DNA from: Curvularia clavata | Lineage: Eukaryota | Reading direction: 5' to 3' | NCBI GenBank assembly: GCA_023920165.1 | Contig: CP089277.1 | Span: forward strand, 3,100,001 to 3,164,000 | Length of the DNA: 64,000 nt | Shown here: in pieces, positions 10,844 to 23,592 of the stretch | Layout of the letters: each line of letters begins with the position of its first letter | Position numbering within the stretch: the first letter of the stretch is position 1 | The notes under the pieces: generated by a model | What the model was told of the DNA's origin: nothing | Database searches by the model: none | Seen by the model: the letters and a program-made list of their open reading frames with translations, nothing else | Position numbers and translations under genes: made by a program

Positions 10844-11937
10844 GAAACTGATCGCAAAGAGAACACACAGCAGGCGCTCCACCCTCTATTTATTCTCGAC
10901 GCTATAAGCCGACATGCTAAACAGGGTGTGACACCAGGGGAGGCCGAAAATTTATATGAGAGCCTCATTGGTCACCAGCATTTGCGGGCAGGCCGTGTGC
11001 GCGTGAGATAAACACTGCTTACCGCGAAGCAGCGGCGGGGAGATTCAGGCCCCCGATCTCAGTGGAAGGGGCGTGGGGACGAAAAGGGAGCAAGCTTCGA
11101 CCGCTAAAAATTAAGACGCTGATCTTGGCACTGTTTCTACGCAGCTATTAAAACACTTATTGGTGTCAAGAAGCCGACGTGCCTTTAGCAGCTTGCAGGA
11201 GAGCCCTTAGTGCGGCGCCTAAGATGGCTCTCATTCCCGGCCTGCAGGCAGCTACCTATCACTATCACCCTATTTTTTCCCACCGTTTGCTAACTCACAC
11301 AACCTATGCCATTAGCCCGCATGACACAATTAATCTGACATAAGACTTCAAGAGAATGCAGCCGCAGTAGAGAGAGAGAGAGTAAACGATGCGGCCAATG
11401 TCCGCTCAGCACAGCGACATGCACTGCCTTCGCAGTATCTCAGCATTAGTCTTGTCTACCTACTACATTGCGTTGCAACTATATTATGCTACTCTCCATA
11501 CCGCAAAGTTTGTTCACGTCTTCTCTCTCCCCACAAAGTCCAATGGAGCAATCCTACACAACTTTTCGATCAATGTGTTTCGCAAACAAGTCTGTCGCCG
11601 GGTGACCCAAAATCTCAGGAAGATGATTTCTATTCAGTGTACATCGATACAGATTCAGATTATTTCTACCCATGTTGGATGTGCAAGGCGGCAGCATTTG
11701 TGGTTCAACCAGCGCGACCTGTGCATAGTCGTCGCAGTGCCGCCGTGATGTAGGTTGATAGATATGATATTGAGGCCAAGTGCGTGAGTCAGTGAGAGAA
11801 TTGCCTATTGACATGCGCTCGAAGAAATTCTTCTGTCACTCTGGTACTTTTGGTGCGGCGCGGTCCGCTTGAGCGATGAGCAGGACCCCTTCTTCGGCTG
11901 CATCAGGATCCACCTTTTCAAGACACGGGGTCTCGTC

Positions 11938-13257
11938 TTACATCCAGACGCCCTCCACATACTTGTCCACCGCCTTCTCATAGTCTTCAACTGTGCAGCA
12001 TGCTTCGATGGCGCGCCATTCTTCTTTGTCCATGCCGGATATCCGATGCAACAAAAGCGCCACGTTGCTGTTCCTCCATGCGGGTCTACCTTCCCTCATA
12101 TGGGTTGTATAGGTGATGACGACTAGTACCACGGTTGCCACCATGGTAACAATGTGGACAACGAACCACCCCCATCTCACATTTACGGGAATTTCATCGG
12201 GATATGAATACACAATCGCATCTGCGTAGTCATAAGCTTCTGTAGTGATCCGATTACCGAGTGCCTGGACATAGCTCGTCATAGCAGACGCGATGTTGGC
12301 GGATAGTGCGTTGATATCTGCGCCGCGAAAACGCACCAAGGTCAAGCCACTTGTTTGAAACCCCACGACGGAAGTCCATAATTTGTAAAGATGCATCTCT
12401 AAAAATGGTATACTCCAACATGTCTACAAGTGCATACCAATTTAAAACGTGGATTTTGAACTTCGACTGACTTCCGACAGAGTCCCTAGATGTGTCATGC
12501 ACTGGTAAATTAAAACAATCGCTTTTTTGGACCGAAGGGCTTCAGCTCACACTCATCGGAAAAATGTTCTGGCTTTGAATGGGTAACTTGAGTACTTCCT
12601 ATTTGTAGGCTGGTGTTTTGTACGGATATTTTGGAGTGGGTCAAGGCAATCACTGTAATGCTGCATTCGATGTCTTCCCAAGGAACCGAGTCTTCGTCGA
12701 AAGCTTCGAATAAAGTGGATTTTTCGTACATATCGGATTGCTTGTACATGAGAAGGGTTACTACATTTACCTTTGTTATATAAAATTGAGAACATTGATG
12801 ATTTGTGTTTGCAGACGAGACCTCCAGGACTGTTTCCGACAAGGGGGAAGTCCAATAATGGGGCAATAATTCGACACCACCTAGGGTAGTAATACTGCAG
12901 CGAAAACGGGAAGCATTGCCTCGCCATAGACACCTGTTCCCAGCGATTAAGCACGAAAAGCTTGTCTTACGCCAAAGATATATCGAGAGCTACAGCAGTG
13001 GCAAGACGCTCAAAAGACGCTCTGAATTGTATGAAAATGCTAGTCGAGGTAGGTTTGGGCATTGGGACCAGCAATAGAGCTCGCAAAGATGTACAAAGGA
13101 TATATGCAGACTCTTGTAGCCGCCAATGCTCTCGTGCCAACTTGGTAGCGCAAGAAGACCCGAATTCGTTGTGAGACGAAGAAACTCTAAAGGTAGATCT
13201 ATAGCAGCCTTTTTGGTGACAGAGGGAACAACAGCCGCATTGGAACCCTCGTTGCAT
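11938..13257 (-). pseudogene. Decayed DUF3176-like paralogue
   Basis: The C-terminal fragment NIASAMTSYV..VNVRWGWF..WRNSNVALL mirrors the C-terminus of the 8709-10843 gene. Upstream sequence breaks into short ORFs in different frames. The 5' boundary is approximate. Confidence 0.65.
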
Positions 13258-13338
13258 CAGAGAGAAGACAAGAACAAAGATATACAGTTGTAATGAGTAA
13301 TTTGCTAGAGCGTGCGCCCGGTTTCCTGTTGGGTGGTA

Positions 13339-13445
13339 TCCGTGCCAAGGCGTAGCTTATGACTAAGCCACGTCAGCTGCGCTGACACTCGCCGCAGGCG
13401 AGTGCCGACGCTCAATACGATATTACCTTCAATACGATATTTTTT
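13339..13445 (+). repeat. Left terminal inverted repeat (107 bp)
   Basis: TCCGTGCCAAGGCGTAGCTTATGACTAAGCC...CAATACGATATTTTTT is the reverse complement of 15225-15331. Confidence 0.95.
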
Positions 13446-13477
13446 CAACTACCTTTGATAAACTATCAAATAATTAT

Positions 13478-15184
13478 TCAACCACGCCAGTTCTCGTAGT
13501 AATTTTCGTACGATAATAAACCTGCAGCACGCATTGACGCCCACACACGCTGTAATTGCTCATGTACTGGTTTGTAAGCTTGGAAATGCCGCTTCTTTTT
13601 TATAACTGGTATGCCCTTCATCTTTGAATATTCAAATATTAGCTGGCTTAACTCAGCCGTAAGCTTATTTTGAACCATTTTTCGTGCTGAATGGGAGTAA
13701 ATAACCCCCATTGAAGATTTAAGAATCGTACGAGTTCTTTGTTGGCGTGATCGCCGCGATTGTGCAACTGAAGTCATAGTGCGCAATTCACCAATTGCTT
13801 AATCTCCAGCAACAGATATATTATACGCCCCAAACAGCGTACGTTTTACGTTCTCGCTAAGCTCTTCGTTCTCTAGACAAAAGTCAATATTGCGCTTAAG
13901 TGTCTGGATTGTTAGAGGCGTGTTTAGCTCTAGTGGTGGTGGTGTTCTATCTGTAGTAGCGTTACTACTACTTTCACTACTACTGCCAGTATCTTGGCAA
14001 TCAGCGTCCCAATCAGCAAAATCTCTCTGTATATTATTCTTGACGCGCTTAATATCCAATGGATATAATCCCGAGTCCCGCCAGCCTTTTTGTATTGTAC
14101 GGGACTTGAATGTATAGGCGCGGATTGACTCGATAGCAGCCAAGAACTCAACCTTGTTGAAAGCTGTACAGCCTGTTCGGGTTGCATGATCAACAGCCTG
14201 CGCGTGCCAGTGCTTGTACGGCTGGAAACAGCCTACATCAAGCGGCTGGAGAAAGTGAGATGTATGTGGAGGTAGGCGATAGGCAATAACGTTGTGGTCC
14301 TCAAGGACTTCTAGAAACTCTTGGGTGCAGTGTGAATCAAATCCGTCAAACAAAAGCAGCTGATATAGCCCTTAAGTGTACTTCTAGCTCTATTGTACGA
14401 AGTGCTTTACCCACTCAAGACTTAACTGATCGTTTGTATAGCCACTATCGCTATACGCGATTAAATAGTTATCGGGCAAATCAGTAAAGTAGCGCTCAAG
14501 GAGCGCGTCGCCTTCGACAATAATCATTGGTGGGATAGCGTGGCCTGCGGCATTGACGCACTCAGTTACAGTCAATGATATACGATTATCAGGCGTCGGT
14601 AGATAGACACGGCGGCGAGGCTCAAAAGTAACAACCCACTGGTCTTTTCCGATCCCAATGCGAAAGCCCGTCTCGTCAAAGTTCCAGATATCTGATGGTG
14701 GGATACCATGCGTCTGAATCAGGCTTATAAAGGTGTTAAACCACTCTATAATAGAGTCTGAGTCATGCGCAAGTGCGCGATTGAGATTAAGAGATCGCTA
14801 TCGCCGTACGTGAAGCTCAGGCTGCCGTTTGAGCCATTGTTTTGCCCATCGCGAGCTTACAGTTGGTGGAGGACCAGGACCATTATGAGCTTGTTAAAGA
14901 AGATAATTGGCACACGACACAATCATAGGCAGTCGTACACAAACGCCAAGTTCATCAAGGCGTGCGATATAATCGTACAGCGCTTGGTCTTGCGCCTCAG
15001 CTAGCTTGTATGTGCCAGAAGGGCGTTTAGAGTATGTTGGGCGGCCCTTTGATCGGGCGAGTAATCGCTGGTATGGAACACCGTGTTCACGCGCGAGCTG
15101 CTTAAAATTTGGCTTTACGACATCCTTGATAGACTCTAAAATCTCTGCAATGCGATCATTAATTGAGATTTGCAATTAAGCCAT
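13478..15184 (-). pseudogene. DDE transposase inactivated by in-frame stop codons
   Basis: One reading frame of ~569 codons from ATG 15184, with HTH (FKQLAREHGVPYQRL), WNFDETGFRIG, LLFDGFDSH and LPPHTSHFLQPLDVGCF. At least 7 internal TAA/TAG stops and no frameshift. Confidence 0.92.
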
Positions 15185-15224
15185 TGTGGGGGCTATAAGG
15201 GGGGATTAAAGTAGTAGAGTTACA

Positions 15225-15331
15225 AAAAAATATCGTATTGAAGGTAATATCGTATTGAGCGTCGGCACTCGCCTGCGGCGAGTGTCAGCGCAGCTGACGT
15301 GGCTTAGTCATAAGCTACGCCTTGGCACGGA
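15225..15331 (-). repeat. Right terminal inverted repeat (107 bp)
   Basis: Reverse complement of 13339-13445; no mismatch seen by eye. Confidence 0.95.
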
Positions 15332-16088
15332 TAGATGTTGTGAGGTATGCCGTCAGTTAGTCAGTTATGCATAGCACCATTCAAGTGTAGCTTAGCGCGA
15401 TATATAGCGGGATCTTCCTACCAAACAAATCCATCATTTTTATACTCCACTTTTTCAGTAGAAGGCTAAAGATTTAGAAACATAGGAACCATGGCCTATA
15501 TCCAATCATTCCCCAACAGTTTGGTATTAAGGCTGAAGTCTAGAGGATGAGGCGTCTCGTGAGAAGACTGTAGTAGGTGCGGATGGCCCGGAAGTCAGGT
15601 CATCTTTAAAAGCAATCATGAGCAATGCACGTCGACATCAAGCTAATATGGACCTGAGCTGAAATCTGCCCTGCTCTTAGCGCGCTGTGAGTCCTTCTTC
15701 TAAGCGAATCAAGACCTCGTTGACAGCCGTCTTATCAGTTAGTTTTGCACCATGGAGTATTTCGTCTAATGCTAGCACATGGCAGTAAACTGAAAAGAAG
15801 AAGATCATTCGATCAAGATATTGGAGATAAATGGTTACTCAAGGCTCCCTTCTCCTTGATGCCTGCTAACCGCATCCTGTTTTCAACGTATATTCTCAAA
15901 AGATAAGCAACCGAAACATATATATCAAGTCGAAAGAAGTTTCCAACCCTCCAACTAGTCAAATTCGGCATTTGGCTTTTTGAAAAATACTAGTTGTCCG
16001 GACATCCGACGTCAGTAGAAGTCTTGCAAGGACGGAAGGAGATCCACCGCAACCGATACAACAATTTACTAATCAACTTCATACCTAT

Positions 16089-16619
16089 ATGTTCCCGCGA
16101 CGTAGACGCCCAATTCTTGGTGCCGCTGTTGTATACGGGGCGTCCAGGTCGGCCGCGAGGCACGAAATCGCCAGACAGGCTGAGCGCGATATGCAAACTG
16201 AAGCCCAAATTCGCATGGCTGAAGCCGAACGCCAGCGACAACAGCAAGCCGCAATTGATCAAGCAGTCACACGCGAACGTGAGCAAAACGAGAGACGACG
16301 CCGCGAAGATGAAGAACGCATACAGCAGCTGACTGTCGATGCTGCTGTCACCAAGTCTATGCAGCAACAGCCACCCATCAACATCAATATGCAACAACCT
16401 CCCCAACTAGACCAGCCGCTGATGCAGATGGACATTCAACGGCCAGTCAGCTCGGGAGGAGGATTACAGGCGCCGCCGATGGCCCTGCCAAGATCAGGGT
16501 CTCCAGCCTCATTCCATGGTGCGACGGAGGTTCGGTACTGCTCTAGCTGTGGTACGGGTTGCAAACAGACAGATCGTTTCTGCGCTAGATGTGGGTACAG
16601 GTTTGCAACTATAGTCTAG
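16089..16619 (+). CDS. Small hypothetical protein: coiled coil plus C-terminal zinc ribbon
   Basis: 176-aa ORF: MFPRRRRPILGAAVV N-terminus, E/R/Q-rich helix, Pro/Gln linker, and CSSCG..C...DRFCARCG at the C-terminus. Confidence 0.8.
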   Translation: MFPRRRRPILGAAVVYGASRSAARHEIARQAERDMQTEAQIRMAEAERQRQQQAAIDQAVTREREQNERRRREDEERIQQLTVDAAVTKSMQQQPPININMQQPPQLDQPLMQMDIQRPVSSGGGLQAPPMALPRSGSPASFHGATEVRYCSSCGTGCKQTDRFCARCGYRFATIV

Positions 16620-18407
16620 CTCGAGTATTAGCACCAGACAAGTTGTTAGTTTGAATTCGATAATTACACCATGCTGTTTTGTTCTATAAATAATTGTAGT
16701 AAGAGACACCTTTTATGAAGAAAATTAAATGGATACGATATAACGTTAAACTACATTCTTAGAATATAGTAGTAAGGAATGTCACATTAGATGAGACGCC
16801 AAGTAAAAATGAGTGAAGCGAAATAAATCAGCAGTACACGGGAAGCGAGCGATGCAGTGCCGAGGCTAGATATAGTAGCAACTGCAGAATATGTTGAGCC
16901 GCATTCCCAGTCTATATACATTAGCACTGCCCAATAAACATAGTACACCAACTATTTTATACAGACTTCACAACCTTGAGATAGCTAAGTTCTTAAGAAT
17001 TCCATATTCTCTGGACTTCAGTCGGCCAGGAGACAATGCGGGGTAGAGACCATACGGCCAAAGGTTCTTGCCCATTCATCGTACCATCGTCGAGTTGTGG
17101 TTCGGATCTATTGACCTAGCTAATACGGTGGTCAGAACGAGGTCGTAACTGCAGAAAGAGTTCGTTACCGTAGACATTTGAAGTAACAGTAGCGATAGAA
17201 TTTAAAAAGTTAGTAACAGAAGAGGACAGCTCTGTAAGGAGCCAGTTAATTCCTCACATGACCTGATACCAAACTCTGATTGCTTTCTAAGCTCGATCGA
17301 CAATGGAAGGGCTATGTTGAATTAATTGTGGATGAATTTTACTTATTCTGACACGGTGTAGCCCAACCTTTGTCTAAGCACAGGGTTGTAGATATCCAGC
17401 GATTAGTTTTAATCGTGAATAGAGGGTGTGATAACTCCACACTAGGAGGTAGAGCACGGAGGCACTAGGCAGCGGTTCAGCATGCATCAATCCCAATCGG
17501 TAAAGTAGGTCATGCTGGGCAGGGCTGTCGAGGCATGACCTAGTCTAGAATGGGATTCTCGGATTGCCATGGCTTCGAGGGCAAAGTACGGTAAGGGTTT
17601 TGTCTGTGCGCGTGATGCATGATAGACGCTATTTACCTCAACAGGCTGCGGTGATTAGTGCCAGCACCATGTTGAGTATTCTGTTATTTTGTTATTTTGT
17701 TATGACGTAGCTGCGCGATCGTGTAAAGCTGCGCGTTATGCCAAATAGGGTAATTATCCGAAGTATGCGCGCAAATAGCAATTACAAGGCCTGAGCAGAT
17801 AATCATTGCCGCGATGTAGTGCCTAGATCTAAGCACGATTGAGCGGTAAGCAGCGGGGATCACGATCAGTAGCGGCGCCCTGAACCAAAGCCACTTAAGG
17901 TATACTTTACCGAATGGTGCCTCAGAACTAATTTAACTGCTAGGCGTAAATGGATGTCTACTATTCAATGATCAGCTTGAATGACACGGAGCGAACAAAT
18001 GGAAAAGTAAGGAAGCATAGATACAGTTCACCCGCACTGATACCCGAGAGTCTAGCGCGATCTCAATCATTGTATGCAAGATCGCACCAGGTCAAAGCCT
18101 CAATTCCATGATGCACAGGTATCTAGGATACCTGCGGCATGGCCACTGCTACAATACCCTCAACAATAATCGCTAGGACCTACTTGCAGTATCAATGCTT
18201 CTTCACTTCGGTGCAGTCTTGCTAATCTATCTTTTTAGGTCATGTGCGTTGGACACTGCTCTTCGTGCCTCGTATAAGTACCATCCACTCTGGCCTCTTC
18301 AGTTAAAATATTCCATCATCAACAGCAATTCACACTTAAACAAATACCACAAGAGCCTTTCCACATCCTCTTTCACTCCACAAACAGCAAACCGCCAACC
18401 AATCAAT

Positions 18408-18832
18408 ATGTATACCAAGGTTCTCGTTCTCGCTCTTGCCGCTCTCGCCGTTGCCGGTCCTAGCCACATCGCTCGCCAGAACCAGGTCCAAGACCAGAGC
18501 AAGCCAACGATCCACAACAAGGATTCTAGTTGCGGAAAGAACAGCCAAGTCTACTGCTGCAACACCCAGACCGCCGACAAATTGACCGGAAAGGGAACTC
18601 TTCCCATCAACGCCGACGTTATCGACGTCCAGAGTCTCCTCGGCCAGTGCAACGAACTCGATATTGGCCTTCTCCCCATCGACGTCCTGAAGAAGCAATG
18701 CTCCCAGGAGACTGTTTGCTGCGGTAGTACCAAACAGCAGGTAAGACTTGCACTACTCGACCTTGAAGTTACATCTACTAACTGACATTCTAGGGTGTTG
18801 CTAACTTCGGCTGCACCACTGTCCACACCTAG
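18408..18832 (+). CDS. Class I hydrophobin (2 exons)
   Basis: Signal peptide MYTKVLVLALAALAVA. The pattern C-CC-C-C-CC-C is completed by exon 2 (GVANFGCTTVHT*) after intron 18741-18793 (GTAAGA..CTGAC..TAG). The long C3-C4 loop indicates class I. Confidence 0.92.
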
Positions 18833-19944
18833 ATACTCATATCTACAACAGTGTTAATTATGGGGAGTATTGTTGAGGGTAATTACTGGTGTAGAAGGAT
18901 ATAGACCGTAGATTTGATTTTCTCATAATAGTGCTCAGTGAGCCCTTCGCTTGCTAGAATATAATACAATCTTATTGAGTACGTAAAATACTTCTCGCTG
19001 CGTTCATCCAGTGATTATAATCGAGTTCATTGTGTTGACAAGAGTACATTAAACACGATAGTATTTGTTGATGGCGCTCAAAGATCGCAGGAAGCAGTTT
19101 CAATAATGTGAAACTAACGTGGTGGCTCTTAGGGGTTTTGATGTGACGTCTCAGGGTCGTCGTTATGGAAAAATTTGCCGGATGCGTCCTGCGAGATACA
19201 GAATCGGTCTACTGGCTTGAATGCAAGCCAGTACCTCTCCTAGTACGAAAGGAAATACTTTCCTATAGTAGGATGTTCTTCATCAAGCGATCTTACAGAA
19301 AAGATAGACTAACAAAACAGTGAACGCCGTACGGAGTACTTCGGCGATTTTCGTGCGAAACGTGGATCAAGTTCGGGATATTAGCTAATTAGCGTAGTGA
19401 TCTCTCTGCACCACAGGTCATCATTTCGCACCTCCCCGCATTCGGTACACAGCTACGACAACTCCAACCTTCTTCTTGTTGTCTAAAAACCCATCGGATG
19501 GCTATTTGGTACAACATGGTACTTTGTGCCTTTGCAAAGTCGCGTTGTGCGCGACAAAACGGTCCTCTACCAACCAGTAAGCACGATATCTGATGTGAGA
19601 TGGCCAAACTCCATAACGCGCTGCGGAGCCGCGGCACGAGCTCGCTAGCGGCATTTTAAAAAACGGGACGGCCACGCGCGACAAGTCTGGGGTGCATTGG
19701 TGACGTCTATTTCCCCTGTGCCGAACGTTGTTGGTTTCTTGCGGGTCTGTTTTAACGCGTCCGTACTCTGAGTGAAGCTTTTCTTCCTTCCGTCTCCATC
19801 GTTGCTTGGCTCCGCGACACTACGTCTGCTGTCGAACACCTCCAAATCCCTTGAGAATCGTGGCTGTAGTTGTAGTCTCACCTCCGCCTCCTCCGCCGTT
19901 GCTTCACAGGAACTTTGTACAGAAAGCCATATCTCACCGTCAAA

Positions 19945-20777
19945 ATGCCGATATGGGACCCCTTTGTCCCTGCTGAGCGTGCCATTCAACGCTTTCTGGC
20001 GCGCCTCCCACCATCCATTAGTCATTGGCTCGGGTACCGGTCAAAAACCTTACCCCCATCCCGTACATGGATGGTCTGCGTGTGGGGTTTCATCGGCGCT
20101 TTTTGCGGATTGAGTACTATCCTGGCTATTTTTGGGCATACGGATTACTTCAAAAGTCGTGCTGTTCCACCTATTGTTGCTTCATTTGTAAGTCAGCTTT
20201 GCTATTCTGTTCTGTACGACTTTGGGTCTGTGGGTACAATGGGACTGACCACATTTGGCGACAGGGTGCCTCAGCAATCCTTTGCTACGGTGCAATTGAC
20301 GTTCCGCTTGCCCAGCCACGCTCTCTGGTCTTTGGTCATTTCTTCAGCGGTCTCATCGGTGTTATCATCGCCACAATCTTCCAATTTGATCTCGAGGCCG
20401 AGCCTTTTCCTCGTCTTCAATGGCTCGCAGCTTCACTCGCAACAGCCATTGCATTGGTAGTAATGCATCTGACGAAAACTACACATCCGCCTGCCGGTGC
20501 GACGGCTCTCCTTCCCTGCGTTGATGCTCATATCTGGGCTCTCAGGTGGTATTACCTACCTGTGTTGCTGCTTAGTTCAACTGTAGTGCTGGTAAGCGCG
20601 GTCCTTCTCATGAATTTGCAGAGACAGTACCCCAAGTTCTGGGTTGCGCAGATTCCACCGCCGCCAGCTACGGAAAAGGAGAAGAGTCTTGAGGAAAAGA
20701 AGAGTGCATCAAATGAAGGGTCTGAGGGTAGCAGTGCGCGAGACACACTGCAGGATATGGAAAGGGGACCGTTGTAA
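19945..20777 (+). CDS. HPP-family integral membrane protein (2 exons)
   Basis: Intron 20188-20264 (GTAAGT..CTGAC..CAG) yields ASFGASAILCYG..PLAQPR..GH and TKTTHPPAGATAL. Confidence 0.92.
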
Positions 20778-23592
20778 TCTGTTTTGTTTTCATATCCCAA
20801 TACAAATCCAAACCTGGCTCATGCGTTTACGCATTGAGCAACACCGATTAGTTAGATGTAAAAAGCAAACAACCCAAAAAAATTGTTTTTCGGGAGGCCG
20901 CCGTTGAAAGGAATGCGTTAATCGCAAATTCATACGAGTGTTTCATAACCCACGTAGCCGTTTAGGTCGTCACCGTGAATACAGGATCGAAATTCATGTA
21001 GATGGCTATGTTTGCGAGAGCGTGCCCGTGAAGTATATCTGGTAAACTTTGCTGCAGCAGGGGTGGCCATCTTGTCAATTTTCATCGCCTATGCAGCTCA
21101 TAGACTAACTGCTTTGTTTTCATTCGTAGTAGGAATATATTCTAGGATGTCGTGTACTCCTACAAAACGACTTCGAGTCGGCCGACGGAATCTCCTGCTA
21201 CCGTTCTAGCTTCGGAAAGTAGTTGAGCGAGTGGCGGTTTTTGGTGGAACGATTTTGGTCGAGTGAAACACAGCTACAGGATCGCTGTAGTGCGAGGATA
21301 TGAGACAATTCGGGTTGTGCTGGGACGCCCATTTCTGCCGTGGTATCTAAAGGGAATCTAGAAGCGTTCAAAAAACAAAATCGCTTCCGCAAAGTCAAAG
21401 CTCGAGAGTAGAAGCCGTTGGAAAGAATAATCCTAGCAGAGCATAAGGTGTGCCACCCATGCTTCACACCTTCGGGACTAAGTGTACAAAGAAGAAAAGA
21501 AAAAACGATAGTCCATGGCTCAACGAATGCAAAACCCCTATTCGGGATTCTCGAGTCAGTTTGGACTATCGATGGCTTGCTTTCCCCCGTGGGACAGTGT
21601 TTTTTCCTTAGTCTCTTGTTTCTCTTGAGATTCGAAAATTTTGCAACAGACCCCATGACCAGAGTCGTATGAAGAGCCATCGTCAGAACTGGAGTACTTT
21701 CTGCGGTGTTGCAGATTTTGCAAAGAAGAAAAGGTTAAAGACCGCGCGTATTTTGCCTTCAAAGTACCGAGTACATGGCAGAGATTCTTTAGAGATGGGC
21801 AGAGCAATGCTGCTTCTTTCGAGAAAGGCTACCCGATATTAGGGCAAATTAGGCTTGCAAGATGCACCATATGAATTCGAGGTCCAATCAGCCGTTTGTG
21901 ACCCGAGCCAAAAAGTCGAATAAACGAAACGGCATGTTTCCAGAGGACCACAGTACATGAAAGCTCACGACGTGCGTGGCGAAGCCCATCGGTCCTAATC
22001 CAAGGGAATTTTTGTTTCCGTGTGAGAACGGCGACACATTGGTGTGCCCTTGGGATGGGCACGGTCGTATCTCGGGTAAACCTTGCCGGATTAAGGGATT
22101 CTAGCATTGTGTCAAGAGTTTGGAGCAATACGAGTGGCAAGATACACGGGCGGACACGAGATGTAGCAACACTAAGGGTGTTTCAGTGCTAGTCTGATGC
22201 TAAATGGAGCGAGTGAGATGGAAGTTATGCCGAGGTGGGAATACAGGTGCATTGTGCTCCGCCGTACGGAGTATAAGCCGAAAAGTTAGTATCGTAGATC
22301 AGTGGTGGCAACGCGACATTGAAGCCTTGTACAGTATGTATGTATACTGTGGTACATAGCAAGCCGATGAAAGTTTGCGTGATACAATATGAACGGTGAG
22401 GCATGTCAGGCTGGTCAGGCTGGTGTAATGTGCTTACAAGATGAGGTGTGTCTGTGCGGCGTCTATGAAAAGCACTGAATGACACGTTGGATCGTGGCAT
22501 GGGTGGAAGAAATACACAAAAACCAGCCGTGACGCAGCAAAGAAAGGCCGGGTGCAGACAAGACGAGGCTGAGCGTGATGGGGGGAGGAGTTAGCGGCGG
22601 GAGGTAGAGAGGGGCAGCCTGCATTGGGAAAGCCGCAAGTTTCCTTGGCTTGCACATCACACCTCCACACTCAGAACCGCCGCCGTCCGATGGTGAGCAG
22701 CCAGGCGCCAGCGTCATACTCATTCCTCTCAGCCGTAGCTTTTCGTTCATCCTGCTGTAATCTCGTCAGTGGCTGTTATTCTTTCGCTGCGGTTCTCTCG
22801 CTTGGCCGCAAAGCGAAAGGGGCCGCGGAGCACAAGACGACATGGCAATCAATTGGGTACAACGGACGCATATAAGAGTCGGATAACTGCATGGTGCTTG
22901 ACGACTTCTACCAACTACAGCGAAGTACCCTCAAAGCCGGTTTTGGGGTGTTTAAACCATGGTGTTTGCTTGTTTGCGACCGTCTCGAAGATCGCTCGTA
23001 TGGCTCCGTGTCAAGTCGTGGCAGACGCCATCGAGGTGACATGGACGCAGGCTACCGCCCGGTGGCGACAAATTGCCGGTGTATCCATCTTGAGAGGCGA
23101 TGCTACAGGAGCAGGTAGCTAAGGACTACTTGAGTAAGGCCACTGTGAAGAGGGACAGTGAGAGTGAAAGTAAAAGCGGGAATGAACGCGAGCCATCCCT
23201 GGCCTAGCGTCTCTGCGACAAACGGGTATACTTCGATGACTTCACTGTGACCGTCAGCCTTCCTGTAATTGACTAACTAAACTGACGATCACGGGGCGTT
23301 TGGACCAACCTGTCGGCGTCATTGCCAGGGACCGTACTTACGTTAATTTGCTCCATGGGCTAAGGATAGCTAGGTTAGGCCCTCGTGTGCTACATTACCC
23401 TGTCTGCAAACGCCGTGGCTTTGTGCCCATGGCCGTGTAGCAGTTCTCATTCCTCCCTCTCATCCTGACGTGCTGTATCTCTTTTCCCCCGGATGAAAAC
23501 GCCTTCTACCTTTACCTTGCCTGAGATTCCTCCCACGCGCCTCAGTACCACGGGGTTTGACTTCCTCTATCCCTGCCTCGAGCCAGCCAAAT

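Larger units (their letters stand above)
13339..15331 (-). mobile_element. Fot1/pogo-type (Tc1/mariner superfamily) DNA transposon, 1,993 bp, full length
   Basis: 107-bp terminal inverted repeats, TA dinucleotide on both flanks (13337-13338 and 15332-15333) consistent with a target-site duplication, and an internal DDE transposase. Confidence 0.95.

Noticed and set aside
17506..17542. 10-bp inverted repeat TAGGTCATGC/GCATGACCTA
   Set aside because: One or two such stems are expected by chance in 64 kb, and there is no associated element.
20800..23500. Many 60-160 aa ORFs in a long intergenic region
   Set aside because: No domain-like composition or coherent exon chain; treated as non-coding or regulatory sequence.
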